DNA of 64,000 nucleotides. Source: Haliotis rubra. Its lineage: Eukaryota. Both the position numbers and the translations under genes were made by a program. The stretch is from assembly GCF_003918875.1 (NCBI RefSeq), contig NW_025767091.1, forward strand, positions 1,364,001 to 1,428,000, written 5' to 3'. The stretch's first letter is position 1. Each line of letters begins with the position of its first letter. Shown in pieces: positions 13,008 through 26,123 of the stretch. Under the pieces are notes generated by a model. The model saw only the letters and a program-made list of their open reading frames with translations, had not been told where the DNA came from and did no database searches.

Positions 13008-13088
13008 GACTGACTGAGTATGGTTTTACGCCGCTTTTAGCAATATTCCAACAATATCACGGTGGGGGACACAAGAAATGGGCTTCAC
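13008..13088 (-). mobile_element. 5'-truncated SINE family A with 17-bp TSD
   Basis: TSD cactttagagtttttga on both sides. Confidence 0.9.
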
Positions 13089-13134
13089 TTTAGAGTTTTT
13101 GAACGGCATTTAGAAGTGATAAACATAAAGGCAA

Positions 13135-13208
13135 GATTTTATGGACGTTAATTTCTTTATTATGATGAACACAACATTGCGGAGTATATGCTTACTCCTT
13201 CATCAGGT
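13135..13208 (-). ncRNA. Decayed Penelope-type minimal hammerhead ribozyme followed by AATAAA (pseudo-LTR fragment)
   Basis: The minus strand reads CTGATGA-A-GGAGTA-agcata-TACTCC-GCAA-TGTTG...AATAAA. Core and stem II are intact; GAAA has become GCAA and AACGTT has become AATGTT. Confidence 0.6.
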
Positions 13209-13289
13209 AAAGACAACGTTTGCTAACAAAACAAGCTACTATCTGAGTATTTACAATGTCTGTATGGTGCTAAATACCTTATGATAGAG

Positions 13290-13520
13290 GATCCATGAAG
13301 ATCCAGGTTAGAATTTGTCCTCAGTAACCCATGCTAGTCATAAGAGGTGACTAACAGGATCGAGTGGTCAGGCTCGCTGACTTGGTTGACATACATGTCA
13401 TTGTATCCCAATTGCGTAGATCAATGCTCATGCTGTTGATCACTGGATTGTCCAGACTCGATTATTTACAGACTGACGCCATATAGATGGAGTATTGCTG
13501 AGTGTGGTGTTAAACAAACC
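13290..13520 (+). mobile_element. SINE family B (diverged)
   Basis: Matches the family B consensus (gacccgtgaagatccgggttag...gtcgtaagaggcgac...cactggattgtc...gctggaatattgctgag). Confidence 0.85.
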
Positions 13521-14359
13521 TTGTGATAGGGTGAGTAAAGATTGTCATGACATCCATCCAAAACATATAATCTAATGATATACATAACCTAGACACTGGT
13601 GTCATAAACATGTTAAATGTATCTGTCATCAGATGTTTAAAGAAAAACTTGCTGGACAATGTTTCATGTTAACATTTCAATCAAAGCCAAATATTTTTAG
13701 ATTAAATTCATCCACAGATTTCATTTTTTTACTGGGAAAAAATAATTTAGGTTTCTTTACAAAAGGAAATAATTGTTCACTGTAAAATCATATTGGTTGG
13801 TTGAAAAAAATAAATAATATAGTATGATGTATAATTTGTATAATAATGTCTCACGTCTCTGAAATTCAATTTTGCCATAATGTCCTGAAAAAAATGCGCT
13901 TAAAAATATTCTCTCTAGATCATCCCCTTGAAAAGAAGTAGTTTGGTTTGAAGAGGTGACCAAAATGGCATCCTTTTCTATTATCAAATCATTTGGCTAT
14001 TCAACGACCACTGAAACAAAATGGTTCAGGAAAAACCAGCTGTACATTCTATTTTCCAGCTCCTACCTACATTTCTGCTGGAGTATAGAATGCTGAAAGT
14101 GTTATCTTACAGGATGAAGAACGTTCCCATGAATTCACAGAATGACACAGGGGTGCCTTCATTACAATCTAAACACATGAGATATACAGAAATAGTCGAC
14201 TACATGCCACAGGTAAGGAGAAGGTGGTGGCTCACATCACAACATTGTTGTTGTGCTCTGATACCCCCTTCCTTGTCTGTAGACAAAGGGGTGTGGATTC
14301 CATTGGCACCACTTATCAAATAGATTCTGCTAACGGCATCTAATTCCGTTCCACCATCA

Positions 14360-16480
14360 ACATTTATCCAATGGATGCTCTAATCACATCCATTTCCTTT
14401 TGGAAAAGTTATCCTGTGTATACTCCAATCACATCCAATTCCAGTGTCAACATTTATCCAATTTATACTTCAATTGCATTCATTTCCATCATCAACATCT
14501 ATCCAAAGGATACTCTAGTCATCCAATTTCCTTCCTTTGTCAACATTTATCTGATGTACCCTCCAGTCACATCTAATTACAATGTTAACAGTTATCCAAT
14601 ATATACTCAAGTCACATCTAATTACAATGTCAACAATTATCCAATAAATACTCCAGTCACATCTAATTACAATGTTAACAGTTATCCAATACATACTCTA
14701 GTCACATCTAATGACAATGTTAACAGTTATCCAATATATACTCCAGTCACATCTAATTACAATGTCAACAGTTATCCAATATATACTCTAGTCACATCTA
14801 ATTACAATGTTAACAGTTATCCAATAAATACTCAAGTCACATCTAATGACAATGTTAACAGTTATCCAATATATACTCTAGTCACATCTAATTACAATGT
14901 TAAGAGTTATCCAAAATATACTCCAGTCACATCTAATTTCAATGTTAAGAGTTATCCAATATATACTCCAGTCACATCTAATTACAATTTACTCCAGTCA
15001 CATCTAATTACAATGTTAACAGTTATCCAATATATACTCTAGTTACATCTAATTACAATGTTAACAGTTATCCAATATATACTCCAGTCACATCTAATTT
15101 CAATGTTAACAGTTATCCAATATATACTCTAGTCACATCTAATTACAATGTCAACAGTTATCCAATATATACTCTAGTCACATCTAATTACAATGTTAAC
15201 AGTTATCCAATAAATACTCAAGTCACATCTAATGACAATGTTAACAGTTATCCAATATATACTCTAGTCACATCTAATTACAATGTCAACAGTTATCCAA
15301 TATATACTCCAGTCACATCTAATTACAATTTACTCCAGTCACATCTAATTACAATGTTAACAGTTATCCAATATATACTCTAGTCACATCTAATTTCAAT
15401 GTTAAGAGTTATCCAATATATACTCAAGTCACATCTAATGACAATGTTAACAGTTATCCAATATATACTCCAGTCACATCTAATTACAATTTACTCCAGT
15501 CACATCTAATTACAATGTTAACAGTTATCCAATATATACTCTAGTCACATCTAATTACAATGTTAACAGTTATCCAATAAATACTCAAGTCACATCTAAT
15601 GACAATGTTAACAGTTATCCAATATATACTCTAGTCACATCTAATTACAATGTTAAGAGTTATCCAATATATACTCCAGTCACATCTAATTTCAATGTTA
15701 AGAGTTATCCAATATATACTCCAGTCACATCTAATTACAATGTTAACAGTTATCCAATATATACTCTAGTTACATCTAATTACAATGTTAACAGTTATCC
15801 AATAAATACTCAAGTCACATCTAATGACAATGTTAACAGTTATCCAATATATACTCTAGTCACATCTAATTACAATGTTAAGAGTTATCCAATATATACT
15901 CCAGTCACATCTAATTACAATGTCAACAGTTATCCAATATATACTCCAGTCACATCTAATTACAATTTACTCCAGTCACATCTAATTACAATGTTAACAG
16001 TTATCCAATATATACTTTAGTCACATCTAATTACAATGTTAACAGTTATCCAATAAATACTCAAGTCACATCTAATGACAATGTTAACAGTTATCCAATA
16101 TATACTCTAGTCACATCTAATTACAATGTTAAGAGTTATCCAATATATACTCAAGTCACATCTAATTTCAATGTTAAGAGTTATCCAATATATACTCCAG
16201 TCACATCTAATTACAATGTTAACAGTTATCCAATATATACTCTAGTCACATCTAATTACAATGTTAACAGTTATCCAATAAATACTCAAGTCACATCTAA
16301 TGACAATGTTAACAGTTATCCAATATATACTCTAGTCACATCTAATTACAATGTCAACAGTTATCCAATATATACTCCAGTCACATCTAATTTCAATGTT
16401 AAGAGTTATCCAATATATAATCCAGTGACGTCTTATTACAATGTCAACAGTTATCCAATATATACTCCAGTCGCATCATT
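14360..16480. repeat. Minisatellite, 45-bp unit with recurring 26-bp short variants
   Basis: Unit gtcacatctaattacaatgttaacagttatccaatatatactcta; explains ORF 14371-15042. Confidence 0.97.
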
Positions 16481-17478
16481 GTCAACAGTTAAATCAATGT
16501 CACATTTTCTTTATTTCAGTACAGATGTGGGCCAACGACCCCTGGTACAACATTGGTTGGTCCATTACACATAAGTATCTGATTCCACGACTTTAACCAG
16601 GTGTTATCCCAGAATTAACCCATGGAGATGTCAAGAGCGGGAAAAGTGACAAAGATTAAACTTCAAGGTACTTAACATAAAAAGTGTGATGATGAGAAGC
16701 TTAACTTTAACTACTAAATGTTCAACTAACTGTGAAAAATGCAATAATTTTGGTAACTCAATACCTGAAAGGCTGATGATATGAAACGAAATATCTTTTT
16801 AACATTCATAATTGCATAAACATATCTCACTTGGGTTTTAATAAGTCAGGATAACATAAGAATGGTTTTACAACTGAAATTTGGAAAACAGCAGCTCACA
16901 GATAGAGGAAGCAGGTGATTTGAATATTCATACGTTGGGAATGCTGTTGAACTTGGCAAGTACCTTGCCATTACAGACTAACTGTCCCTACAGGAGTGTA
17001 TACTCACATTGATATACACTGACATTAAAGACCAACCAACAGGCCAGCATGAATCACTGCAATACACAGCACATGTGAGTACCTTGTATCAAAGGGAAAC
17101 ACCAGACCAACAGGTGCCCTTTCAGGCCTCCATGCAGGGTGGAGCCCTCCAACAGGTGCCCTTGTAGGTACATAGGTCACTGTAGCAGGTAGACTCACTT
17201 CATCCTTGGCTGAAGATATCTATGTCTTTGAGGTTTGTTTGATGATATCAATAATGTTGTGTGAATAGCAGAACAGCTTTCCAAATCTTGGAAATATTAA
17301 TTTTCATAGGATAGTGTTTCATGCTGACATCACTGCAAATAGCTGGAAGATTGCTGATATGGCACTAAGCAATATATATTCATTCATTCATGCTGACAGA
17401 ACACCATACTGAACATGAAGACAAAGTTACCATATCTTCCACCATCCTCATTGGTCAGTGGTTCATTCATGTAAAAAC

Positions 17479-17725
17479 AACCTGTGATGGTCCGGGTTAG
17501 AATGAGCCTTCAGTAACCCATGCTTGTCGTATGAGGCGACTATCGGGATCGGGTGGTCAGGCTCGCTGACTTAGTTGACACATGTCATCGGTTCCCAATT
17601 GCGCAGATCGATGCTCATGCTGTTGATCACTGGATTGTCTGGTCCAGACTCGATTATTTACAGACCGCCGCCATATAGCTGGAATATTGCTGAGTGCGGC
17701 GTAAAACTCAACTCACTCACTCACT
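17479..17725 (+). mobile_element. SINE family B with TSD
   Basis: Full family B consensus; TSD tcatgtaaaaaca. Confidence 0.92.
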
Positions 17726-18358
17726 CATGTAAAAACATGGTACTTGTTCTGTCTCTGCCTGTCACACAGCATTAAGAAGACGAAACAAGGACGGTTGTAT
17801 TGGAGTCAGTATATTGTGTTCAAGTACTGGATCCAGGTTATATTGTGGCATGGTATCTTCAGGCTGGTAGTGTTAAACCAGTATTTACCTGGGCAAGTGG
17901 CCATGCATACAAATCACTGAATAGGTGAAATAACTTCAACTGCAACATTAAATCCATCTGACCCTCACTCACCTTGTGTGATTATATTTCCTGGACTTAT
18001 TCCACTTCAGAACCAAATTATGTATCTGAAGGACTAACAGGTTGAGTAAATAAATGCGGAACCAAGTTAAGATGTTCCTTCAGGTGAACAGTTTTGATTC
18101 CAAAGCCTAAACCAAGACATACCCCAAAGTAATGCCCCCTCCCCACCCCACCCCCAACCTCTACACACACACACCCTCCACCCCAAACATACCCATATTA
18201 ATTATTATTAATGATTATTTACATGCAGACACTGCAGAAACTTGGTACTTTCTAGATGCCATGATTTATAACTTAGTACATTTAAGTAAAAGCAATACGG
18301 ATCTGTACCATATGTTTATATTCATCAACTTCCATACTGTTTTTTTTCCAGTTATATA

Positions 18359-18608
18359 TACCCGTGAAGGTCCGGGTTAGAATATTGATCTTCAGTAACC
18401 TGTGCTTGTCGTAAGAGGCGACTAACGGGATCGGGTGGTCAGGCTCGCTGACTTGGTTAACACATCTCATCGGTTTCCAATTGCGCAGATCGATGCTCAT
18501 GCTGTTGATCACTGGTCTGTCTGGCTCAGACTCGATTATATACAGACTGCTGCCATATAGCTGGAATACTGCTGAGTGTGGCGTAAAACTAAACTCACTC
18601 ACTCACTC
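18359..18608 (+). mobile_element. SINE family B
   Basis: Full family B consensus ending in actcactcact. Confidence 0.92.
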
Positions 18609-18821
18609 TGACAGCTGGTTCTGGACACTCACTCACTCGTAGGAATCATGATTCTCGTACACAGGATACTGATCTAGATCATGTGACCTAATGCCAACAT
18701 GCGATCTTATTATATCACCTTATCCTTGAAAATGAATTTAGATATTTTACTATTTCTTAATTTTTTTTATATTAAACGCAAATTTTATCCAACTTACACT
18801 TCTTTCATGAAGTCCTAAATA

Positions 18822-19255
18822 TATTTCCTTTCAAATGTTTAGACTCACTTAAAACACTCACTATATGTTATGTATATAAATATATATGGTTAAATCAGAG
18901 ATTGATTTCTGAACTAACTTGGGGGAACCAAACGCAAACCTTAAGCAGATGAATTGCACGAGGATCATGCATCAAATTGCTGAAAAGCAGGTGCAACTAT
19001 CGTGCATTTGAACAGCTGCATTTTGGTGTAAAGTTTTGTTAAGAATTCACCAATTTTCACTGATTTTTATCATTTATTGAACTCATGACAATAATCTTTT
19101 CAACGTTACGAATTTGTTTTACAATACATCAATTCATGTGTAAACAGCACCTTTAAACAATATGGAATATTTTGCAAAATTTAATATAGAACAGTTGCCT
19201 GAAGTAAGTGGCAATATTTACACAAGTGAGTCTAAACTTTTGAAAGGAAGCATAG
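18822..19255. mobile_element. Probable MITE
   Basis: Inverted repeats ttcctttcaaatgtttagactcactt / aagtgagtctaaacttttgaaaggaa. Confidence 0.6.
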
Positions 19256-20176
19256 TATGGGTTACTTTCATTTACTTCTTGTGGCTGTCCTTGTGGTAGT
19301 TATTATTTTCCATGTTTCATTTATTACATTTTTCCATATTGACAATTATTTTCTTTTGCATGCCATAATATTACATCATATGGTGGAATATTAAAGCAGG
19401 TGGAATTCTATCCCTCTGTAAATCTTTCCAATCAGATGTTTTATCACTTATGATTAATTACACCTTCCGGTTCTGAAGTCTTTGGCAATAAACACCTATA
19501 ATTAGACTTGCACAAGTCTCTAAGGTAAAAAATTAAGATTTTAATGATAATTTCTAAAAAATAATAAATAACAGACTGGGGTCCTGTCCGCTTATCTCAA
19601 CTTGCCACTTTGAAGGATAGAATTACTATACATCCATGGGCTCAGCATTCAGTACAGCCTTGGAGCAAGGCTAACTTGTAATGTATGTCCAGATATAAAA
19701 AAAATATTGATTTAAAACTTACAGAACTAAAATCTTACATAAATTCAATACTTACTCCCTTCAGGCTCAGGGAACATAAACAAACATCAAGGGTACATCA
19801 ACCTATGCCCCCCTTGTGACCAGTGAACAACTTATAATATACAATGTTATATTCACAAATTCACAAAGCTGCTTTCAGAAATAATGCAGGTAATTTAAAT
19901 CATATACTACGGTTAATACAGTCAATGAGAACACAGAACATGTAAATTCAGTACATCATATGTATTATTTGCATTTTGTTTATCTAGTAGGACAAATTAA
20001 ATGACCATTTTTATAGTGTATTAATTTTGTATGCCTTATTGTGTTAAGTCAAAATGTTTACAGTGGAGGTACAAATCATATCCTAATAACTCTGTTCCTT
20101 CCTGATTTTATCCCATTAATGCTGTGTGCCAGACTGGAAAAAAGAAATACCATCTTTAAAAGTTTTATACCTTTGG

Positions 20177-20418
20177 GACCCGTGAAGATCCGGGTTAGAA
20201 TTGATCTTCAGTAACCCATGCTTGTCGTAAGAGGTGACTATCGGGATCAGGTTTGTCAGACTCGCTGACTTGACTGACACATGTCATCGTATCCCAATTG
20301 CGTAGATCGATGCTCATGCTGTTGATCCCTGGATTGTCTGGTCCAAACTCGATTATGTACAGACCGCCTCCATATAGGTAGAATATTGCTGAGTGCGGCA
20401 TGAAACTAAACTCACTCA
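20177..20418 (+). mobile_element. SINE family B
   Basis: Full family B consensus. Confidence 0.92.
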
Positions 20419-21040
20419 TGAAATACCTTTGGTTTGCTGTGGCTCAGGTTCAAACCACTGACCTTCCACTCTGCAGGCTGACACTCTACCCACTGGACCA
20501 AGGAGGTGGTCAGAAAGAGTAGGAAACTGAGTGATGCATATGAGAGTGGAAGTAGTGTGACGGGGAAACCTGAGGGGGGGTTCAGGGGGTTTACCCCCCC
20601 CTGAAAATGACTTAAGATCACATTGAAGATTTTTTTATGCATTGGCGGAGCCAATGGTGGGGTTCAGAGGGGTTCGAACCCCTGAAACACACACACACAC
20701 ACACCCTCCAAATTTCCTGGATCCGCCCATGGAAACTGTGGAATAGGAACCTGTAGTGTACTCTATCAACTAGTCTGGTCGTTCTTTGAAGTGAAAACAG
20801 TGAGATAAAAATGTATTACTTTGGCACCTCCTTAGCCAAAACAGTTACATAGTAAAAGTACTCATTGTGTAGAAACTTTATCGCTGTGATAAGGAGATGA
20901 AACGGGACAGGTCTGCTGATGAAGGTGGGGGCGCGCTTTGAAACAGGAGAACATACTACCAGGTACTTTAGTGCTGAGTCTGTAGCCTTGTGGAGGTAGA
21001 GAGCTTGGCTGGGGATATATGAATTGGTTGGTCTGTCTGT

Positions 21041-21438
21041 TAGGGATGTCACGAATTAAGTTCATGAATCGATACATATCACGATACCCATGTCATGATT
21101 TGATACATATCACAATACCTATTTTTGCAGCATTATTGCATAAATTTAGTTACATTTTGAACATTAATATTTCATATTTTATAATTGTCCATGAAAAGAT
21201 CAACATTTTTTATTCTCAGAGATTAAAAAGTTCTAATTTCCCATCTTTGTGCATGAGAAATAATCATTTATAACTCTCATAACATCAAAAAACATGATAC
21301 AATTGCAAAATGTGAATGATACATAAACATATTTAAACCGATACTTTCAAAACTAAATATTGATACAGTTTTGAATGTATCCATAATTGTATCGTCTTAG
21401 AAAAAGTACTGATGCATCGATATATCGTGGCATCCCTA
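21041..21438. mobile_element. hAT-like MITE
   Basis: TIRs tagggatgtcacga / tcgtggcatcccta; 8-bp TSD ctgtctgt / ctgtttgt. Confidence 0.8.
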
Positions 21439-22216
21439 CTGTTTGTCGATCAGCTATGTTTCATGACAGGAGCTTAACACTTACATGGTTCAACATTTCA
21501 AACTTTGAAGGAAATACTTAACTGGTGCCTATTGTTATTTAAGAAGTGTTCTGGATTTTTTATCAAGTGTGACAAATTATCTTTTCATTCTGTCTTCCCT
21601 TTAACTTATTAAATATATATTTAGTACGATTTATATTGTTTGCATTATTGTTTTATCAAATAGGACAAAAGATAATCTTCTAGTCTTTTGTGTTTATTGT
21701 GTAAATTTAGTATATGATATATACTATTTCCATTTATAACTAGTAGGACAAATGATCAATTTGTAAGTGTTTTAATTGTGTATGTTTTATTGTGTTCAGA
21801 CCAATATTGAAATATGAAAGCAAATCCCAGAGACAAAACCAAAATATAATTTAGTAAACTTGAACAGCGAGGGCTTTGAAGTGCTTATGTTTCACCATTC
21901 ACAATCATACCATTCTCATAAGAATGTTGTAGTGGAAGAAGAAAACAACATAAATATAGGATGTACTATTTCAATATATTGCCTTACATTCTGATACTAA
22001 TGAAATATACGCTGACATTTTTTGTGTGACCATACTTCTATTTCATCACCATCACTAACGTTGCGCAGAATTCTCAAACTCATTTGTGCATATATGATTG
22101 GGAAAACCAAAAGGGTTATATTTCCTGATATAATGCAGACATGACACTTCACTTGATGATGAAGAATTCTGCCTGAAAAAACAACCACCTTTCTCCACCC
22201 TTGTCTTATATACAAT

Positions 22217-22337
22217 GTATACTCATGCCAATAATGGTTGTCAGACCCCTCCCCACCCCAACCCCACACACACCTCACACCCCTTCCCCAATTAAAAAAA
22301 TTGAAGGGGGTGACAACCATTATTGGCATGAGTATAT
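22217..22337. mobile_element. Small foldback element/MITE
   Basis: Inverted repeat tatactcatgccaataatggttgtca / tgacaaccattattggcatgagtata, TA-flanked. Confidence 0.75.
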
Positions 22338-23291
22338 ATGCATTTATGCCCAATTGTGGTTAGTAATTCACTGTGGCATGTTGAGTTAATGGGTATTAAG
22401 TTGAACACGTTAGTCATGCAAGACAAGACTGTATGAGATCATGACCCAATGGCATGGGGCAATGCTCACAGTATCAACCACTGGTTTGTTTGGCCCATAG
22501 ATTGACTCCCTTCAAAGCAGGTGCCCCTTTGGCCTATTTTTTGACAAAGTAACTTTCAAGCCTTTAATTTCCTTCATGTCTTCAGTTACAAATGAAGCAT
22601 GAGACAGGAAGTTGACTGACTGACTGAGTTTGGTTTTACACCGCTTTTAGCAATATTCCAGCAACATCACGGCGGGGGACACCAGAAATGGGCTTCACAC
22701 ATGACAGGAAGTAGAAAAACAACAAGCACTTAATAAAAACATTAACTTTACAAATGTACATGGTTGTAAAGTTAGACATGATTATATTTATATAGATGTA
22801 TGTTTAGCAAATATCAAATTAATCCAACCGTAATTGCAGGTATAAATATCTTTCACTACAACCACTGCTTATTCATAGTTTCATTTTGAAGATTTAAAAA
22901 ACTTATTTTACAAGCCTATTCACCATTTTTTCAGTCAAATTACCAACAACTGCTAAATTTAGTGTGTCCCATTTTATCATGGCTACCACGTACAGATCCT
23001 GTGCTGCTAATGTCATCGAGGTGATTAATGTCCATATCAAGCAGGACCGAACCACATGTCAGCCTTTAGAAGCCACCACACATCAGAATAGTGCAGTGAC
23101 ATTCTTGGCAAGCAATTTACATCTATTTTATTCTGAATGAAAGGTTACGTTTAAACAAGGCAATTGTACAAGTCAGTTAAGCTGTTGTTCCAATTCCTGT
23201 CTTTATAACAACATAGGAGCTGGAAATTTCATCATCTGTAGTGTTTTTATTCATGAATAGTTGTAGTATTAATATTGCTGCATTCTGAAAA

Positions 23292-23662
23292 GGTGGTAGT
23301 AGTAATAGCAGTAGTGGTGGTGGTCAGTTGTTGTAGTAGTAGTAGTAGACGACTAGTAGTAGTAGTAGAGGTGGTGGTGGTAGTAGTAGTCAGTTGTAGT
23401 AGTAGTATTAGTAGACTAGTAGTAGTAGAGGTGGTGGCGGTAGTAGTAGTCAGTTGTAGTAGTAGTAGTAGTAGACTAGTAGTAGTAGTAGTAGAGGTGG
23501 TGGGCGGTAGTAGTAGTAGAGGTGGTGGCGGTAGTAGTAGTCAGTTGTAGTAGTAGTAGTAGTAGTAGACTAGTAGTAGTAGAGGTGGTGGTGGTAGTAG
23601 TAGTAGAGGTGGTGGCGGTAGTAGTAGTCAGTTGAAATAGTAGACTAGTAGTAGTAGTAGAC

Positions 23663-23719
<57 letters not shown>

Positions 23720-23762
23720 CAGCAGCAGCAGCAGCAGTAGCAGTAGTAGTGATCATAGTAGT
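23292..23762. repeat. (AGT)n/(GGT)n compound microsatellite
   Basis: Direct inspection. Confidence 0.97.
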
Positions 23763-24371
23763 ATATATATAGTTTATCAGTTGTAAGTTTAAGACCTGGC
23801 ACCATATAGAATATATCAAATCATCTGGAGTAAAGTTTGACTAACTTAAAGTTGTGTTCTTATCACATTAAACAGTTAAACAGAAAGACAGTAGCAAGCC
23901 ACAACAAAGTCCGTGCTACCACCACTGCCACAGGGTCACGTGTCCTTCACACCCATGTCAGCGCTGGAATATTGCTGACTACAGCATAAACAACTCATTA
24001 AACAAAATTAACTTGTTTAGTGGTTCTGTAAACATCTCTGAGAACTGATCACTAATCTCTTGTCTGGCTCATCTGATGGTAAGATAGTTTCCAGGCATCC
24101 TTGCTTCTTTAATTTAACTGATGAATCAAAATGATGATCAGTATTTTATTTCAAACATACAAATACGGATGACTCCATTCAGAACTTCCTACATGCAAGC
24201 CGGATGTCACTTGTAAACACTTCCTGAACTGAGTTCTGAGTCAACATGAAGAGGCCACCAACATCGTTGAAACAAGTGGTTAAGTAACACCCTTACATGC
24301 TCCCGCAGTTCAATATGAAACAACATATCACAGTCTATATCTTTTCCTAAACTTTGTCCACCTATGGAAGT

Positions 24372-24548
24372 TAGTCTCTGAATGTATATAATTTGGAAAC
24401 AAACAATTCCTTTTAAATTGAAAAGGAACCTCAGTGAGAAGGATATCAGAACCTGAAGAAATCTAGACTTGCTTCAGTTAGGGCTTTAGCATTGCAGGGA
24501 GGGCTAGGCAGTAGAGAAAATATGGTTCAGGGACTGTGAGACAGACTA
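24372..24548 (+). mobile_element. TAG..CTA mini-element, copy 2 (shorter)
   Basis: Homologous to 45966-46155; flanks atggaagt / atggcagt. Confidence 0.7.
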
Positions 24549-24686
24549 ATGGCAGTCCTTCTACAGACAAATACAGTATATCAAATGTCATATCAGTGTC
24601 TTAGTTAATTTGTTTGAAAGGTTAGTGAAATCTACCATCAGCCACCTCAGCAACATTCCAGTCTGAAACTTGAGGCCTGAAACTTG

Positions 24687-24853
24687 AGGCGGTGAGGTAG
24701 CCTAGTGGTTAAAGCATTAGTTCGTCACGTCGAAGACCCAGGTTCGACTCCCCACATGGGCACAATGTGTGAAGCCTAATTCTGGTGCCCCCCGCCGTGA
24801 TATTGCTGGAATATTGCTAAAAGCGGCGTAAAACCAAAATTCACTCACTCACT
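24687..24853 (+). mobile_element. SINE family A nested in an older reverse SINE family B
   Basis: Near-consensus family A copy flanked by tccagtctgaaa; family B remnant continues to ~25037 on the minus strand. Confidence 0.85.
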
Positions 24854-26090
24854 CCAGTCTGAAAATAACTGAGTCTGGACCTGACACTCCAGTGACTGAC
24901 ATAATAAGCATCGATCTATGAAGTTGGGATACGATGACGTGCATCAACTGCACCAACGAGCCTCACCACCTAATCTGTTAGTTGCTTTTAAAGGCAAGCA
25001 TGGATTGCTAAAGACTTATTTGAACAGATCTTCACAGAAGAATTTACGTTTAAAGTTTAAATTGATTTCAAACACAGTTTTGTCATTTCTGTGAAATGAA
25101 GAACAAACACTGAAGATCTTAAAAAATCAGTTTTACATTTTGAGGTATGTAAGGCTAAAAATATCTCCTTTATTATGTCCACCCATGTCACATGTCCTGT
25201 CTTCGCTTCAGATTCCGGCAAACAAGGGCAGATTACTCTTACCATAACTCATCTGCAAGTCCATTCATGGTCATGTGAGAAACACTCAGGTTAAACCAGT
25301 CACGTCGCTACTACCTGACATCACATGATTCATTCAGGTTCTCAGTTCATGTTTGACCCATATCTCCACATCCCATTGTCATGCTAGTGTTCACAGCTGA
25401 ATTACGAATACTTTAATTATTTGTAATGTTTTATGAATTGAGTTATATTCACAATGCGATATATTTGAGAAAACAAACTATAATGAACAAAGATGTCCTC
25501 ATTTAAAAAAAATCAGCACTCATTGCCTGGTGTAGAATATACTGTCTTCACAGCCACTTGATGACTAGTTTAACTGCACTGGTACAAATATTACAACTCA
25601 TAACTGTGTCAGAGTATCTGTCTGACAAACTAATATATCATCATGATCAGAATGCCTAATTCATATTTACAGGTCAGCCATATTGGTTTACATAACTGTG
25701 TCAAACTTCACCTGGGCATAGAAAGAACAAGCAGGGTGAAATTGAGTTGAATGTATCATAAAAAATTATGATTCAAATGTATTTTGTATTTGCTCTTGTT
25801 CCTGTTTAGTCAGTGACCAGCTACTTATATATAATATTTTTATTCTTCAAGAATATTCTCATACTTTATATATAAATGTACTAAATTTTAGTTTACCATA
25901 TACGGTATTTGAGTTGAAAATGTAACATTTAATCGTAAATTATCTAAATATTGACTAATAAAATTACATTAATCATGTTGTCCAGATGAGTGAAACATCC
26001 TTATATTAATCTAAACAGATATATATATATATATAATCATTACATAACAATACATTAAAAAATAGCAGTCACCATATATGGTAATCTTAC

Positions 26091-26123
26091 CCATAATACA
26101 TCCTGAACTTCATCTGCACAGAT
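26091..26123 (-). CDS. Candidate 33-nt cassette exon (ICADEVQDVLW)
   Basis: ttctgtgtcctatcag | 11 open codons | gtaaga; phase 0-0. Confidence 0.45.

Noticed and set aside
14371-15042. 223-aa ORF with 15-aa repeats
   Set aside because: By-product of the 45-bp minisatellite; the frame is broken by 26-bp units and it lies opposite the inferred gene.
17575-17775. Recurrent ORFs of the MTHVIGSQLRRSMLMLLITGLSGPDS type
   Set aside because: Translations of SINE family B copies.
23275-23819. Poly-V/S/T ORFs
   Set aside because: Microsatellite translations.
24687-24765. tRNA gene
   Set aside because: A/B boxes are present, but this is the head of a multi-copy SINE with tail and TSD.
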